From the NCBI GenBank assembly GCA_038087875.1, contig CM075983.1, positions 34,782,001 to 34,846,000 on the forward strand: a DNA stretch of 64,000 bases. The letters are read 5' to 3'. The DNA comes from Malacoraja senta (taxonomy: Eukaryota). Positions within the stretch are counted from its first letter, which is position 1, and each line of letters begins with the position of its first letter. The translations under genes were made by a program, and so were the position numbers. Shown piece by piece: positions 12,883-26,264 of this stretch. Under the pieces are notes generated by a model. That model saw only the letters and a list, made by a program, of their open reading frames with translations. It was not told the origin of the DNA and made no database searches.

Positions 12883-14601
12883 AAAGTGAATTAAATCAAA
12901 TAAAAATGCATAATGTGGGTTGCAGACATCCAAAAGGAAATTGCTTTTAATCAAAATGAATAACTTTGAAAATTAAAAGGAAAAAAATCTTGCATTTGCC
13001 TAATACTTTTCGCAACTCTTGGAGAAAAGTAAAAGGTTTGCTTAAATGAAACTTGAAGGGGAAAGGTGTCAGATAACTTCCTTTTCAGTTAACTATAACA
13101 TCCTTCAGTATTGTGGCTGAAACCACCCCCCTCCCTCAATTCTGTCCTTGAAAAAGAATGAACGATGCCAGCGCATCTACTTTCTTAGACTTTTAAAGAG
13201 ATTTGGGATGTCACTGAATACGCCATCTTCTGCAGATATACTGTAGAAAATATCCTGACTGGTTGCTTCATGGCCTGGTACAGTGAGTCAAATGCACAGG
13301 AATTCAAGAAGCTGCAAAGTATGGTGAACTCAGCACAGTCCACCATGGACACACCCCTCTTCACCATCAAAAGCATCTGTATGAGGCACTGCCTCAAGTT
13401 TGTGGCATCTGTCATCAAGGATCCTCACCATCTGGGCCTTGCTGTGTTCTTGCCAGGGCCGGATTTAGATGAAGAGAGGCCCTAAGCTATTTCGCTTGTC
13501 AGGCCCTCTCCTCCCAATCCCCCACCACCACGACTAGAGGACCATGACTACCCGACAGTGACAGTGTGACACTTTTAGATCCTACTGTATGTTGTCATTA
13601 AACAGTTGTTTTTAAAATACATATTGGATTCACCATGGAGCAGGCGATGCCTTACCTGGATCGCCCCCTATAACCATATAACATATAACAATTACAGCAC
13701 GGAAACAGGCCATCTCGGCCCTTCTAGTCCGTGCCGAACACTTACTCTCACCTAGTCCCATCTACCTGCACTCAGACCATAACCCTCCATTCCTTTCCCG
13801 TCCATATACCTATCCAATTTATTTTTAAATGTAAAATCGAACCTGCCTCCACTACTTCCACTGGAAGCTCATTCCAGACAGCTACCACTCACTGAGTAAA
13901 GAAGTTCCCCCTCATGTTACCCCTAAACTTTTGTCCCTTAATTTTCAAATCATGTCCTCTTGATTGAATCTCAATGGAAAAAGCTTATCCACGTCAACTC
14001 TCTCTATCCCTCACATAAATTTAAAGACGTCTATCAAGTTCCCCCTTAACCTTCTGCGCTCCAAAGAATAAAGACCTATCTTGTTCAACCTTTCTCTGTA
14101 ACTTAGGTGCTGAAATCCAGACAACATTCTAGTAAATCTCCTCTGTACTCTCTCTATTTTGTTGACATCTTTCCTATAATTTGGCGACCAAAATTGTACA
14201 CCATACTCCAGAATTGGCCTCACCAATGCCTTGTACAATTTTAACATTACATCCCAACTTCCATACTCAATGCTCTGATTTGTAAACGCCAGCACACCAA
14301 AAGCTTTCTTTACCACCCTATCTACATGAGATTCCACCTTCAGGGAACTATGCACAGTTATTCCTAGATCCCTCTGTTCAACTGTATGGCTGCCGTTGAC
14401 ACAAGCTCTAGCCTGCAGGCTCAACTATTTGTCAATTTGATGGCGTTCTGAGATTCCTTCTAAACTCTAACTCGCCTGGTGTCAATGAACGATTTTTGGT
14501 GAATTTAAAACGCAAGGTAGAACAACTTAACTAATTATTAATTACTGGACTATCTTCTATCTTCTACCTTCTATTATCTTCTACCTTCTACTATTCGCTG
14601 A

Positions 14602-15411
14602 GTGGAAAACACTACTGGTTTTACAATGGGTGAGCCAATTGCCCTCCAAAGTGTCTTGGATAATATGCAGCAAATGCAGCTCAACATGATATTACATATG
14701 GACAATAAAATTGATCCAATTAGAGTAAGCCTGATTAACATTGAAGGCTCACTTCAAACGCTTGGAGAGCAAGTAACGGAGCTTGAGCAAAGAGTTAGCT
14801 CCAACGAGGATAATATAATGGACCTGGTCGGACATGTAAAATTACTTGAAAAAGAAAACGCTGACCTGAAAACTTGGGCAGATGACGCTGAGAACAGAAG
14901 CAGACGTTCCAACTTACGTTTTGTCGGCATCCCCAAGAGGGTCGAGTCAAAAGATATTTCCGGATTCATAGGCCGTCTGATACCGCAGCTTTTTGGTGAG
15001 GCGAATTTCCCCACTCCTCTAGAGATTGAGCGTTGTCACCGTGCTGGTCGCAAGGATAACTCCAGAGCCAAGGGTCCGAGGCCTATCTTGGTGAAGTTCC
15101 ACTATTTCCAGGATAAGCTGAAGATAATGAAGCTCTCCCGGGAGAAAAATGTGCCCCTTGAGTACAATGGAGCTCGGATTCATGTCTACCCGGACTTCAG
15201 CGCTGCTCTTGTCCGGAGACGCCGGGAGTATGATGCGGCTAAGAAGAAGCTACGCGACCGTGACATTAAATATGCATTGATATTTCCCTGCACACTGAGA
15301 GTTGTCTACGCTGGCAAGACACAGTTCTTTCGTACTCCTGATGAAGTTGAGCCATTTTTTGGTGAGGTTTCCTCCACTAACTCCTCCATGGACTCTGATA
15401 TAACAGCCTAA
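14602..15411 (+). CDS. LINE ORF1p, L1/Transposase_22-like (coiled coil, RRM, CTD)
   Basis: Intact 269-codon frame (first ATG at 14626): heptad coiled coil, ENRSRRSNLRFVGIP, IERCHR, PRPILVKF, YPDFS, YALIFPCTLRV. Confidence 0.85.
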   Translation: MENTTGFTMGEPIALQSVLDNMQQMQLNMILHMDNKIDPIRVSLINIEGSLQTLGEQVTELEQRVSSNEDNIMDLVGHVKLLEKENADLKTWADDAENRSRRSNLRFVGIPKRVESKDISGFIGRLIPQLFGEANFPTPLEIERCHRAGRKDNSRAKGPRPILVKFHYFQDKLKIMKLSREKNVPLEYNGARIHVYPDFSAALVRRRREYDAAKKKLRDRDIKYALIFPCTLRVVYAGKTQFFRTPDEVEPFFGEVSSTNSSMDSDITA

Positions 15412-15925
15412 TGTTGGTGGCCAGTGGCTGGTGATAGCGTTAGCACAATAATGTTGTTTGCCTATGAACTTTGTGTTTATCTGGTTTTGGTTGTATTTTT
15501 CTTGATTTTGATAAACTGATGCCAGTGGGTCCTCTTGTAATTATATAATCGCTGGACAACCATTGATTTTTCTGTTTTATTTGCAAAGTTAAAACTGGCA
15601 TGAGAGTTGTTATGATTGATGCTGCTTTACTACTGTTGCGGTAAAAAGTGTTGCAATTGCCGTAAAAACGTTGTAAAACTAAGAGTTGTTATTTTGGGCT
15701 TCATAATGCCCCATTAATTTAAACATAAATGGTCCAGGACCTCATACTTTGATCTATTTGCATAAATATGAGCTATGCAGACTGAGGTGTGTATGCTCAC
15801 TTTGTTTTCTTCTTTTTCTCTCTCTCTCAATGACGCAGCCTGATCTTGTGTGCTTTGTCTGTCCTGTCTTTTGTGTGTGTGTGTCTGTGTTAATCTGTGT
15901 ATGTGGCTCTCTCGTCCCCTTTCTC

Positions 15926-18806
15926 ATGCTATTTCCCTGCCTCACTCCCCTGACTTTATCTACACCCAATTGATCCATAATTGATACAGCTAAAGGTCTA
16001 AAAATTATCCACTTGAACATTAGGAGTCTTCTTCCAAAGATAGATTTAATTAGAGTTTGGATTGCACAGAATAAACCTGACATAATAACATTTTCAGAAA
16101 CATGGTTACATAGTGAAATTTGTGACAATGATATTCATATTGATAATTTTGTATTATATAGAGCAGATAGGCCTACGAGAGCTGGAGGTGTGGCTTGTTA
16201 TGTGTCAACTTGTTTTATATCTGAACTTGCCATCCCTAAAGCAACCTCACCCCTCTTTGAAAGCCTTTTTATTAGGTTAAAACTTCATGACAATAAACAT
16301 CTAATTATTGGCACTATCTATCGATCTCCCCTTGTTCATCCTGACTCAACTAATTCCTTAATTTCTACTCTCACCTCTATTGAATACCCATGTGAATTAG
16401 TGCTTCTTGGTGACTTCAATAAAAACTGGCTCGATCGCTCCTCTTCTAACAACAAACACTTGCTTAAAAGTATAAACCTGACCCAGTTAATCAATGAACC
16501 TACTAGAGTTCATGGCAATTCTACATCACTATTAGAATGGATTCTTGTTACCCATCCTGACCGAATCTTAACATCTGGTGTTTTGTCAGATTGCTTTAGC
16601 GATCACTCTGCTATTTTCTGTGTGTGGAAGATTAAACCCTCCCGTCTCCCTCCTAAACATATTCGTGTTAGACAATGTAGAAAATTAAATTATGATAATT
16701 ATATGCATGACCTGATTGCAATAAACTGGGATAGGTTTCAACTTATACCAACTGTCGAGGATGCCTGGAATTATTTATACACTGAAGTCTCAAGAGTTAT
16801 TGATAATGATGCCCACTGGAGAGAAATAAAAGTCAAGGGAAAACATTTACCATGGATTAGTGCTGATTTGATCAACCTTTTTAATGAGCGAGATAAAGTT
16901 TGGAAGACTTTCAGCGAAACAAAGGACCCTGCTGACTGGGAAAAATATAGGTCCTTAAGGAATCAGTGTACGACAAAAACACGTAATGCTAAATCAAGTT
17001 ATTTTTAAAAACATCTTTCTGAAGATATGCATAATCCAAAAAAGTTTTGGAAAAGACTAAACAATTTTCTTAATAAATCAAATCAAAATATTAGAACTCA
17101 GATTCGGGTCAATATTGACATCATTCAGGACCCTGCTGTTATATCCAATGCTTTTAACCAGCACTTCTCCACTGTAGGTAGCTCTACTGTATTTGATTCA
17201 TCTATTATATGTGACCTTCCAGCTACCTCTACAAGTAGAAGCTCTTTTTTCTTTTCAAAAAATCAAACCTGTTGATGTTCAACATGTTATTAATGAACGA
17301 AAGGATGGTTGTGGATCTGGACCAGCTGGTATTGAGACTAAATTCATTAAGTTAGGAGCTAATATTTTAATGTACCCACTATGCGACCTGTTTAATTCGT
17401 CTTTCTCAACTTGTACCCTCCCTTCCGCATGGAAGTGTGCCAATGTTACTCCACTGCATAAGGGAGGCGACCCACAAGATATTAACAATTACCGCCCCAT
17501 CTCAATTATCAACTCTGTGGCTAAAATCCTTGAGAAACTAGTGTTCAACCAGCTATCACATTATGTCTCAACTTTCAATATTCTATCTCCATGCCAGTCT
17601 GGGTTCAGACCTAAACACTCCACAACTACAGCTCTGTTAAAACTTACCAGCGATGTGTTCACTGCTTCCGAGGATGGTAAATTCACCGGTGCCATCTTTC
17701 TTGATCTAACCAAGGCCTTTGATGTTGTTGACCACTACCTACTGCTTGATAAACGTTACTCTATTGGTCTTTCTCGAAACAATCTACTGTGGTTTAACTC
17801 ATACCTTCATAACAGACGCCAATATGTCACCATTAATGGAAGTCAATCCAATTTATTAATTGTTGAAAAAGGGGTCCCGCAAGGTTCGTCCTTGGGACCA
17901 CTCCTTTTCTCAATTTTCATAAACGACCTCCCCAATATCTGTTCTGACTGTCAAATACAACTATATGCCGATGATGCGGTGCTATATACATCTAGTACTA
18001 ACAAGTCTGAAATTGAAAGAACCCTTCAATCAGATCTTATTTCTGTTCAGAAATGGCTATTATTTAACAAATTAATTTTAAATAAAAATAAATCATGCCG
18101 TATGTTATTTGGTACCAGACAAGGCCTTGGTAATTCTGTAGATCTGACTATATCATTTAATGAAGGATCACCATTAGAACAAGTATTGAACTTCAAATAT
18201 CTTGGTGTTTGGCTTGACCCAACGCTTTCATTTACGCAGCATAGTGAGACGATTACTAAAAAAAGTAGCTGTAATCTAGCTATTCTTTACCGCCATATAA
18301 ATTGTTTCACCTTTCAGATGAGAAAAAGAATTGTCTCTCAACTACTACTACCAACACTGGATTATGCTGATATTGTCTATCAGAATACATTTGATATACA
18401 TCTTCAACCCCTTAATGTAGTTTATAATAGTCTTTGCAGATTTATTTTAAGGTGTCCATATACAACTCACCATTGTTCTATGTACGAAACTTTAAACTGG
18501 TTATCCCCCCACGCTCGAAGATACTACCACTGGTTCCAGTTCATCTTTAAATGCATCCATCTTAATTATCCCTCTTATTTAAAACAAGACCTATTACCAT
18601 ACACACCCTCATATTCACTAGGACATATTCAACAACCCTTCTTTTTCATTCCAAGAACTAACAAAGAAATTGGTAGACGTGTATTTAAATATAAAGCTCC
18701 TTCTGACTGGAACACTCTGCCTCGTACCATAAGAACCATTATTTCATTTCGTCTATTTAAAAATACACTTTTAACATTTCTCATAAAACCATGTACCTGT
18801 TTCTAG
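15926..18806 (+). pseudogene. LINE ORF2p (APE endonuclease and RT), with two stops and one frameshift
   Basis: HLNIRSL, FSETWL, GDFN, FSDH; NYRPIS, FLDLTKAFD, GVPQGSSLGP, LYADD. Stops at 15971 and 17006; frameshift near 17245. Confidence 0.9.
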
Positions 18807-20924
18807 TATTAGAGTATTGCATAGCGACTAACATTATGCTGTAATACATAACTTTTGTTATTATTGGATTTAAGTTAATTAACAATTGTTATAAACTATA
18901 ACAAGTGGGGATGGAGGGGTTTTGGGTTTGGTGTGTGGGTAGGTGGGTCGATGAGAGCCTTTATGTATGTTATGTCTTGTGCTGTATGTTCTATGTTGGA
19001 CCCCCTCGAAAACGAGATGACTGTCCATCTCAAGGGTTTATCCATAAATAAACTTGTTGAACTGCATTCCTCAATTCGCTACCATTTACCATGTACGTCC
19101 TATTTTGATTTGTCCTGCCAAGATGTAGCACCTCACACTTATCAGCATTAAACTCCTACTGCCATCTTTCAGCCCACTCTTCCAAATGGCCTAAATCTCT
19201 CTGTAGACTTTGAAAATCTACTTCATTATCCACAACACCACCTATCTTAGTGTTATCTGCATACTTACTAATCCAATTTACTACACCATCATCCAGCTCA
19301 TTGATGTATATGACAAACAACAGTGGACCCAACACATATCCCTGAGGCACCCAACTAGTCACCGGCCTCCAACCTGACAAACAGTTGTCCACCATTACTC
19401 TCTGGTATCTCCCATTCAGCCATTGTTGAATCCATCTTGCTACTCCACTATTAATACCCAACAATTGAATCTTCTTAACCAACCTTCCATGTGGAACCTT
19501 GTCAAAGGTCTTATTGAAGTCCATATAGACAACATCCACCGCTTTACCCTCATCAATTTCCCTAGTAACCTCTTCAAAAAATTCAAGAAGATTAGTCAAA
19601 CATGACCTTCCAGGCACAAATCCATGTTGACTGTTCCTAATTAGACCCTGTTTATCCAGATGATTACATATATTATCTCGAAGTATCCTTTCCATTAATT
19701 TGCCCACCACTGACTTCAAACTAACAGGTCTATAATTGCTAAGTTTACTCTTAGAACCCTTTTTAAACAATGGAACAACATGCGCAGTATGCCAATCCTC
19801 CGGCACCATTCCCGTTTCTAATGAAATTTGAAATATTTCTGTCATAGCCTCTGCTATTTCTACACTAACTTCCCTCAATGTCCTAGGGAATATCCTGTCA
19901 GGACCTGGAGACTTATCCACTTTTATATTTTTCAAAAGTGTCAGTACTTCCTCTTCTTTGATCCTCATAGTTTCCATAGCTACTCTACTTGTTTCCCTTA
20001 CCTCACATAATTCAATATCCTTCTCCTTGGTGAATACCGAAGAAATGAAATTGTTCAATATCTCCCCCATCTCTTTTGGCTCTGTAGATAGCTGTCCACT
20101 CTGACTCTCTAATGGACCAATTTTATCCCTCGTTATCCTTTTGCTCTTAATATAGCTGTAAAAACCCTTTGATTTACTTTCACCTTACTTGCCAATGCAA
20201 CCTCATATCTTCTTTTAGCTTTTCAAATTTCTTTCTTAAGATTCTTTTAACATTCTTTATACTCCTCAAGCACCTCATTTACTCCATGCTGCCTATAATT
20301 ATTGTAGATCTCTCTTTTTCCGAACCAAGTGTCCAATTTCTCTTGAAAACCATGGCTCTTTCCAATTATTACTCTTTCCTTTCAACCGAACAGGGACATA
20401 AAGATTCTGTACTCTTAAAATGTCACCTTTAAATGTCTTCCATTTCTTGACTACATCCTTCCCATAAAACAAAATGTCCCAATTCACTCCTTTTAAATCA
20501 TTTCGCATCTCCTCAAAGTTAGCCTTTCTCCAATCAAAAATCTCAACCCTTGATCCAGTTCTGACCTTCTCCATAATTATATTGAAACTCTGGAGTGTTG
20601 CGCCTGCTGCTTCAACATCATGGAGCTGTAGTTTGTGGAGCTCCCAGCCTCGGGCTGCATTGATTTCAAAATCGTGGAGCCCTGGGATCCCTTTGCCGAG
20701 GGCCACCAGCGTGAATCTCCACCCAGCTCAGCCTGTGGACTTCGGGATCAGCTGTCTCCGGTAGGAAGTGGCCGATTCGTAAGTCCAAGCCATTGAGAAT
20801 GTTCTCCCGTTCCGACGTCGGATGGTGACCACAAATTTCATTGTACCAATTGGTGCATGTGACAACAATTGAATTGAATGTGGAATATTAAGAAATAAAG
20901 ATACTACAAATACACTAAGAGCAA

Positions 20925-22191
20925 AAATGTTTTTTCTCGCCTTCTTGATAGCAAAATCATCCAGAAGTTGACCAAGATCTGTTTGTCTACGTTTGTCACT
21001 CTCAATGCACAGAATGCTCAGTGCAGACAACCTCTCTGGAGACATTGTGGACCTTCATTCATTTTAATTCTTTTGAGTCTTGAAAAAGACCTCTCTCCCG
21101 AGCAGTTGGTGAGCATTAAGCTAAGAAACAGCCGCAAGATTGCTTCCACATTAGGGAAGGCCATCTGAATTGCTTATTATTTGATAAAGGTCTGTATGAG
21201 ACAGAGAGTGCTCTTCTGTATGCCTATGGCTTTGTCTCACGTACGAGTGAAAGTGCAAAAGTTCATCAGCAAGTTCCAGGTCAACATCTCTGGGTATGCT
21301 TCCATCAACAGTTTAACACCATGCTGAATTTCTTGCTTAGATGCGGTCAGATTAGCAAGAAAGGAAAACTGTTGCGCAACTTCACTTTACAAAGTAGCTC
21401 TTCTTTCTTAATTGGTTTCAAGTGCATCTAGTATAGGAATAAAGGATTTCATCCTAAACTTATCTCTTGAAGAGAGTTTACCTAAAGCACCAGGACCAGG
21501 TGCACCTCCACCATTTCCTTGCCATTTCCTTACTCTTTGTCTCCCTGTGACAGTTCTGTAGTTAACATCTGGCAAGGTGGCCTTTGCTTGTTGCTCAAGC
21601 TCATCAAAATCTTCTCTAATTTTGCTTACAAAATCCTGAAGTGAACTGTACAAACTTGCACAAGTACTCAATAACAGTTTGGATTTCTGAATGGCTTTGT
21701 TGACATTGTGGAAATGACCTAGCAGACGGGTCCAAAAATGCAGCATAAACACAAATTCCAGTTCTTCCATTTTCTGCAAAAGATTGTTAGCTTGAAGCCT
21801 GGTATCACCCTTCACATTAACATCAGAGTACAAATGACTGAGGGCATCAGTGATAGCGCTGTAACTTTCCAAAATAGCTTCTGTGGCTTTTGCATGTGCC
21901 TCCCACCTAGTGTGTGACAAATATTTAGGCACTTTTGACTGAGGTTGCAAACATTATTTTAGAACTGCCCATCTTTGTGGAGGATGAAAAGAAGGTACAA
22001 ATTTCATTGATAATTCCAAAACAGTTCAGTGCATCAAGGCAGGAATCAACAGCCGAACGAACGGCCCACCAAATTTAATGAGTGAGCAGCGCATGGAATA
22101 AATCTTGCAAATTTGTTTTTTACGAGGATTTTTTTGCTGCATACCCTTGTACCTACCAGCCATGTTGGCAGCATTGTCATAAGACTGCCCT
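20925..22191 (-). pseudogene. hAT transposase C-terminal half, frameshifted
   Basis: RGQSYDNAANMAGRYKG, IPCAAHSLNL (CxxH), LSHTRW, and dimerisation-domain NCSGERSFSRLKRIK / MSPERLSALSIL. The N-terminal part is missing at the CR1 junction. Confidence 0.9.
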
Positions 22192-25165
22192 CGGAAGAAG
22201 AGCTCCAAACCTAGAACGGTTGGGGGGAGGGACTCAGAGAAAGATGGTAGAAAATGTGGGAGGCAGGAGGCAGAGAAGGGAAGCACTCGGACCCAAAATG
22301 TAGGGGAGAAAGAAGAAAAAGATAATAAACAGAGAATAAGTGGTGGTGGGTTTCTTAAATGTGTATATTTTAATGCTAGGAGCATTGTAAGAAAGGTGGA
22401 TGAGCTTAGAGTCTGGATTGATACCTGGAAGTATGATGTTGTGGCGATCAGTGAAACATGGTTGCAGGAGGGCTGTGATTGGAAACTAAATATTCCAGGA
22501 TTTCGTTGCTTCAGGGGTGATAGAATTGGAGGGGCAAGAGGTGGGGGTGTTGCATTGCTTGTCAAGGAAGATATTACAGCAGTGCTTTGGCAGGATAGAT
22601 TAGAGGGCTCGTCTAGGGAGGCTATTTGGGTGGAGCTGAGAAATGGGAAAGGTGTAGCAACACTTATAGGGGTGTATCCAAGCGAGAATTGGAAGAGCAA
22701 ATATGTAAGGAGATAGCAGATATTAGTAGTAAGCACAAGGTAGTGATTGTGGGAGATTTCAATTTTCCACACATAGACTGGGAAACACATTCTGTAAAAG
22801 GGCTGGATGGTTTGGAGTTTGTAAAATGTGTGCAGGATAGTTTTTTGCAGCAATACATAGAGGTGCCTACTAGAGAAGGGGCAGTGCTGGACCTCCTGTT
22901 AGGAAATGAGACCGGGCAGGTGGCGGAGGTAAGCGTTGGGGAGCACTTCGGGTCCAGTGATTACAATACCATTAGTTTCAATATAATTATGGAGAGGGTC
23001 AGAACTGGACCTAGGGTTGAGATTTTTGATTGGAGAAAGGCTAACTTTGAGGAGATGCGAAAGGATTTAAAAGGAGTGAATTGGGACATGTTGTTTTATG
23101 GGAAGGAGGTAGAAGAAAAATGGAGGACATTTAAAGGTGAAATTTTAAGAGTACAGAATCTTTATGTACCTGTTCGGTTGAAAGGAAATAGTAAAAATTG
23201 GAAAGAGCCATGGTTTTCAAGGGAAATTGGACACTTGGTTCGGAAAAAGAGAGAGATCTACAATAATTATAGGCAGCATGGAGTAAATGAGGTGCTTGAG
23301 GAGTATAAAGAATGTAAAAAGAATATTAAGAAAGAAATTAGAAAAGCTAAAAGAAGATATGAGGTTGCTTTGGCAGGTAAGGTGAAAGTAAATCCAAAGG
23401 GTTTCTACAGCTATATTAATAGCAAAAGGATAACAAGGAATAAAATTGGTCCATTAGAGAGTCAGAGTGGACAGCTATCTGCAGAGCCAAAAGAGATGGG
23501 GGAGATACTGAACTATTTATTTTCTTCGGTATTCACCAAGGAGAAGGATATGGAATTATGTGAGGTAAGGGAAACAAGCAGAGTAGCAATGGAAACTATG
23601 AGATTCAAAGAAGAGGAGGTGCGGGCACTTTTGAAAAATATGAAAACGGATAAGTCTCCAGGTCCTGACAGGATATTCCCGAGGACATTGAGGGAAGTTA
23701 GTGTAGAAATAGCAGGGGCTATGACAGAAATATTTCAAATGTCATTAGAAACGGGAATAGTGCCGGAGGATTGGCGTACTGCGCATGTTGTTCCGTTGTT
23801 TAAAAAGGGTTCGAAGAGTAAACCTAGCAATTATAGACCTGTTAGTTTGACGTCAGTGGTGGGCAAATTAATGGAAAGGATACTTAAAGATAATATATAT
23901 AAGCATCTGGATAAGCAGGGTCTGATTAGGAACAGTCAACATGGATTTGTGCCTGGAAGGTCGTGTTTGACTAATCTTCTAGAATTTTTCGAAGAGGTTA
24001 CTAGGGAAATTGATGAGGGTAAAGCAGTGGATGTTGTCTATATGGACTTCAGTAAGGCCTTTGACAAGGTTCCTCATGGAAGGTTGGTTAAGAAGATTCA
24101 ATTGTTGGCTATTAATGATGGAGTAGCAAGATGGATTCAACAGTGGCTGAATGGGAGATGCCAGAGAGTAATGGTGGATGGCTGTTTGTCAGGTTGGAGG
24201 CCGGTGACTAGTGGGGTGCCTCAGGGGTCTGTGTTGGGTCCACTGTTGTTTGTCATGTACATCAATGATCTGGATGATGGTGTGGAAAATTGGATTAGTA
24301 AGTATGCAGATGATACTAAGATAGGTGGTGTGGTGGATAATGAAGTAGATTTTCAAAGTCTACAGAGAGATTTAGGCCATTTGGAAGAGTGGGCTGAAAG
24401 ATGGCAGATGGAGTTTAATGCTGATAAATGTGAGGTACTACATCTCGGCAGGACAAATCAAAATAGGACGTACATGGTAAATGGTAGAGAATTGAGGAAT
24501 GCAGTTGAACAGAGGGATATAGGAATAACTGTGCATAGTTCCCTGAAGGTGGAATCTCATGTAGATAGGGTGGTAAAGAAAGCTTTTGGGGTGCTGGCCT
24601 TTATAAATCAGAGCATTGAATATAGAAGTTGGGATGTAATGTTAAAATTGTACAAGGCATTGGTGAGGCCAATTCTGGAGAATGGAGTACAATTTTGGTC
24701 GCCTAATTATAGGAAGGATGTCAACAAAATAGAGAGAGTACAGAGGAGATTTACTAGAATGTTGCCTGGGTTTCAGCAACTAAGTTACAGAGAAAGGTTG
24801 AACAAGTTAGGTCTTTATTCTTTGGAGCGCAGAAGGTTAAGAGGGGACTTGATAGAGGTCTTTAAAATTATGAGCGGGTTAGACAGAGTTGACGTGGATA
24901 AGCTTTTTCCATTGAGAGTAGGGAAGATTCAAACAAGGGGACATGACTTGAGAATTAAGGGACAGAAGTTTAGGGGTAACATTAAGGGGAACTTATTTAC
25001 CCAGAGAGTGGTAGCTGTGTGGAATGAGCTTCCAGTGGAAGTGGTGGAGGCTGGTTCGATTTTATCCTTTAAAAATAGATTGGATGGGTATATGGACGGG
25101 AAAGGAATGGAGGGTTATGGTCTGAGTGCAGGTAGATGGGACTAGGGGGAAGTATTTATTAAAAA

Positions 25166-25211
<46 letters not shown>

Positions 25212-25288
25212 TTCGGCACGGACTTGAAGGGCCGAGATGGCCTGTTTCCGTGCTGTAATGGTTATATGGTTATATGGTTATATGGTTA
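22192..25288 (+). mobile_element. Near-complete young CR1 LINE (ORF2 whole, ORF1 largely truncated)
   Basis: YFNARSIVRKVDEL, SETWL, GDFN, YADD; (AAT)n in the 3'UTR; (GTTATATG)n tail. Confidence 0.95.
22350..25145 (+). pseudogene. CR1 ORF2 (endonuclease and reverse transcriptase), single frameshift near 22680
   Basis: ORFs 22396-22716 and 22626-25145 (839 aa) join across a small deletion in the GVY-YRPP region. Confidence 0.92.
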
Positions 25289-26264
25289 TCGCGGCGGGCG
25301 CGGAACTCATTGAGGTGGGGACGGAGGGGGACAAAGGTGAGGCCTCTGCTACAGACAGACCAGTATCTGAGAAGGCGAGGTCAGGGGGGATGGTGAACAC
25401 ATGGCAGGGATGGGGGTTGGGGCCGGAGGAAGGCAGGTGAGTGCACTGAGGCAGAGCCAATGTCTGGTGGGGGGCTGGTGGGTGGTCAGGGGGTAGGGGG
25501 GGTGTATGAGGACTGTAGTGTGGGTGGGGAAGAGCTGGGGTCACATAGTTTGAGGGGGATGGGGAAGACCCAGTGGAACAGCCACTGAGATTACCAGGGT
25601 TGGGAGACTAGTACTAGGACACAGCACAGTCAAACTCAGGGGAGTTGGAGTCTGCAGCATGGAAACTTGAGGCCGGTGCTGAGTCCAGGCTGCAGGTAAG
25701 GCGATGGCTGCGGGCTGCTGGAGGGCGGTGAAGTGTCGAGGGTCACCGGGCAAAGCGTGTGAGGTCCCGGTGGGTGGGAAACCAGCCCCATCAGAGACTG
25801 TGAGCAGGGTTAACTATAAAAAGGACCATTCCACCTATGGTAGCGGGTGGCTGCTCGTTCCCACCCACCCTTTATCCCGCCCGGAGCCTTATCTCTTCTC
25901 CCCTGAAGCAGGTAGGTTGGGCACAGTCGCAGCTGGTTCTGACATTGTTAAACTTGCACCCGCGCACCGACTCGAACAGTCCTGACTGTTGAAAGGACAA
26001 CGCTCAGAAAATACGAATATGTCAAAGTTTTATACCCCTTGGTGGAGCGGGCCAGGGCCCCGCTAGATCTCAAGGCCCTAAGCTTAAGCTTGTCCAGCTT
26101 ATAAGTAAATCCAGCCCTGGTTCTTGCTGCTACCAAAGAAGGAAGTACATAGGTCCCACACCACCAGGTTCAGGAACAGTTACTTTGTAATGATTATTAG
26201 TTTCTTGAACCATCCTGAACAACCCTAATCCTATCTTGGCCATGGAACACCTCTTTCATTTGAT

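Larger units (their letters stand above)
14385..19059 (+). mobile_element. Full-length LINE of the L2 group (Crack/Daphne-like ORF2) with an L1-type ORF1
   Basis: AACTG duplicated at 14380-14384 and 19060-19064; two ORFs; 3' stem-loop GAGATG-ACTGTC-CATCTC and AATAAA. Confidence 0.88.
13670..20588 (-). mobile_element. 5'-truncated CR1 LINE (13670-14384 and 19060-20588), split by a Crack/L2-group LINE
   Basis: ORFs 14011-14424, 19156-20070 and 20299-20706 are nearly identical to the CR1 ORF2 at 22626-25145; tail at 13670. Confidence 0.95.
13626..20882 (+). mobile_element. GC-rich non-coding retroposon (Rex1-like tail) split by CR1 (13626-13668 and 20588-20882)
   Basis: GGAGCAGGCGATGCCTTACCTGGATCGCC matches copies at ~39316 and ~47421. 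It resumes as CTCTGGAGTGTTG and ends AAATTTCATTGTACCAATTGGTGCATGTGACAA plus (TTGAA)n. Confidence 0.7.
13454..26119 (-). mobile_element. hAT DNA transposon (ZMYM1/Tip100-like transposase), expanded by nested insertions
   Basis: TIRs CAGGGCCGGATTTA (13454) and TAAATCCAGCCCTG (26106-26119); exact 8-bp TSD GTTCTTGC at 13446-13453 and 26120-26127. Confidence 0.92.
13185..26230 (+). mobile_element. Rex1/Babar 3' fragment split by the hAT insertion (13185-13453 and 26120-26230)
   Basis: ...IKDPHHLGLAVFL before the hAT; the sequence resumes after the TSD with LLP...TTRFRNSY. Confidence 0.75.

Noticed and set aside
15720-15745. 2A-like peptide upstream of LINE ORF2
   Set aside because: Reads INGPGP, lacking the D(V/I)ExNPGP consensus.
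20588-22191. Inversion of the transposase segment by recombination between the inverted CR1s
   Set aside because: The GC retroposon continues collinearly across the left CR1 (13668 to 20588), so no inversion is indicated.
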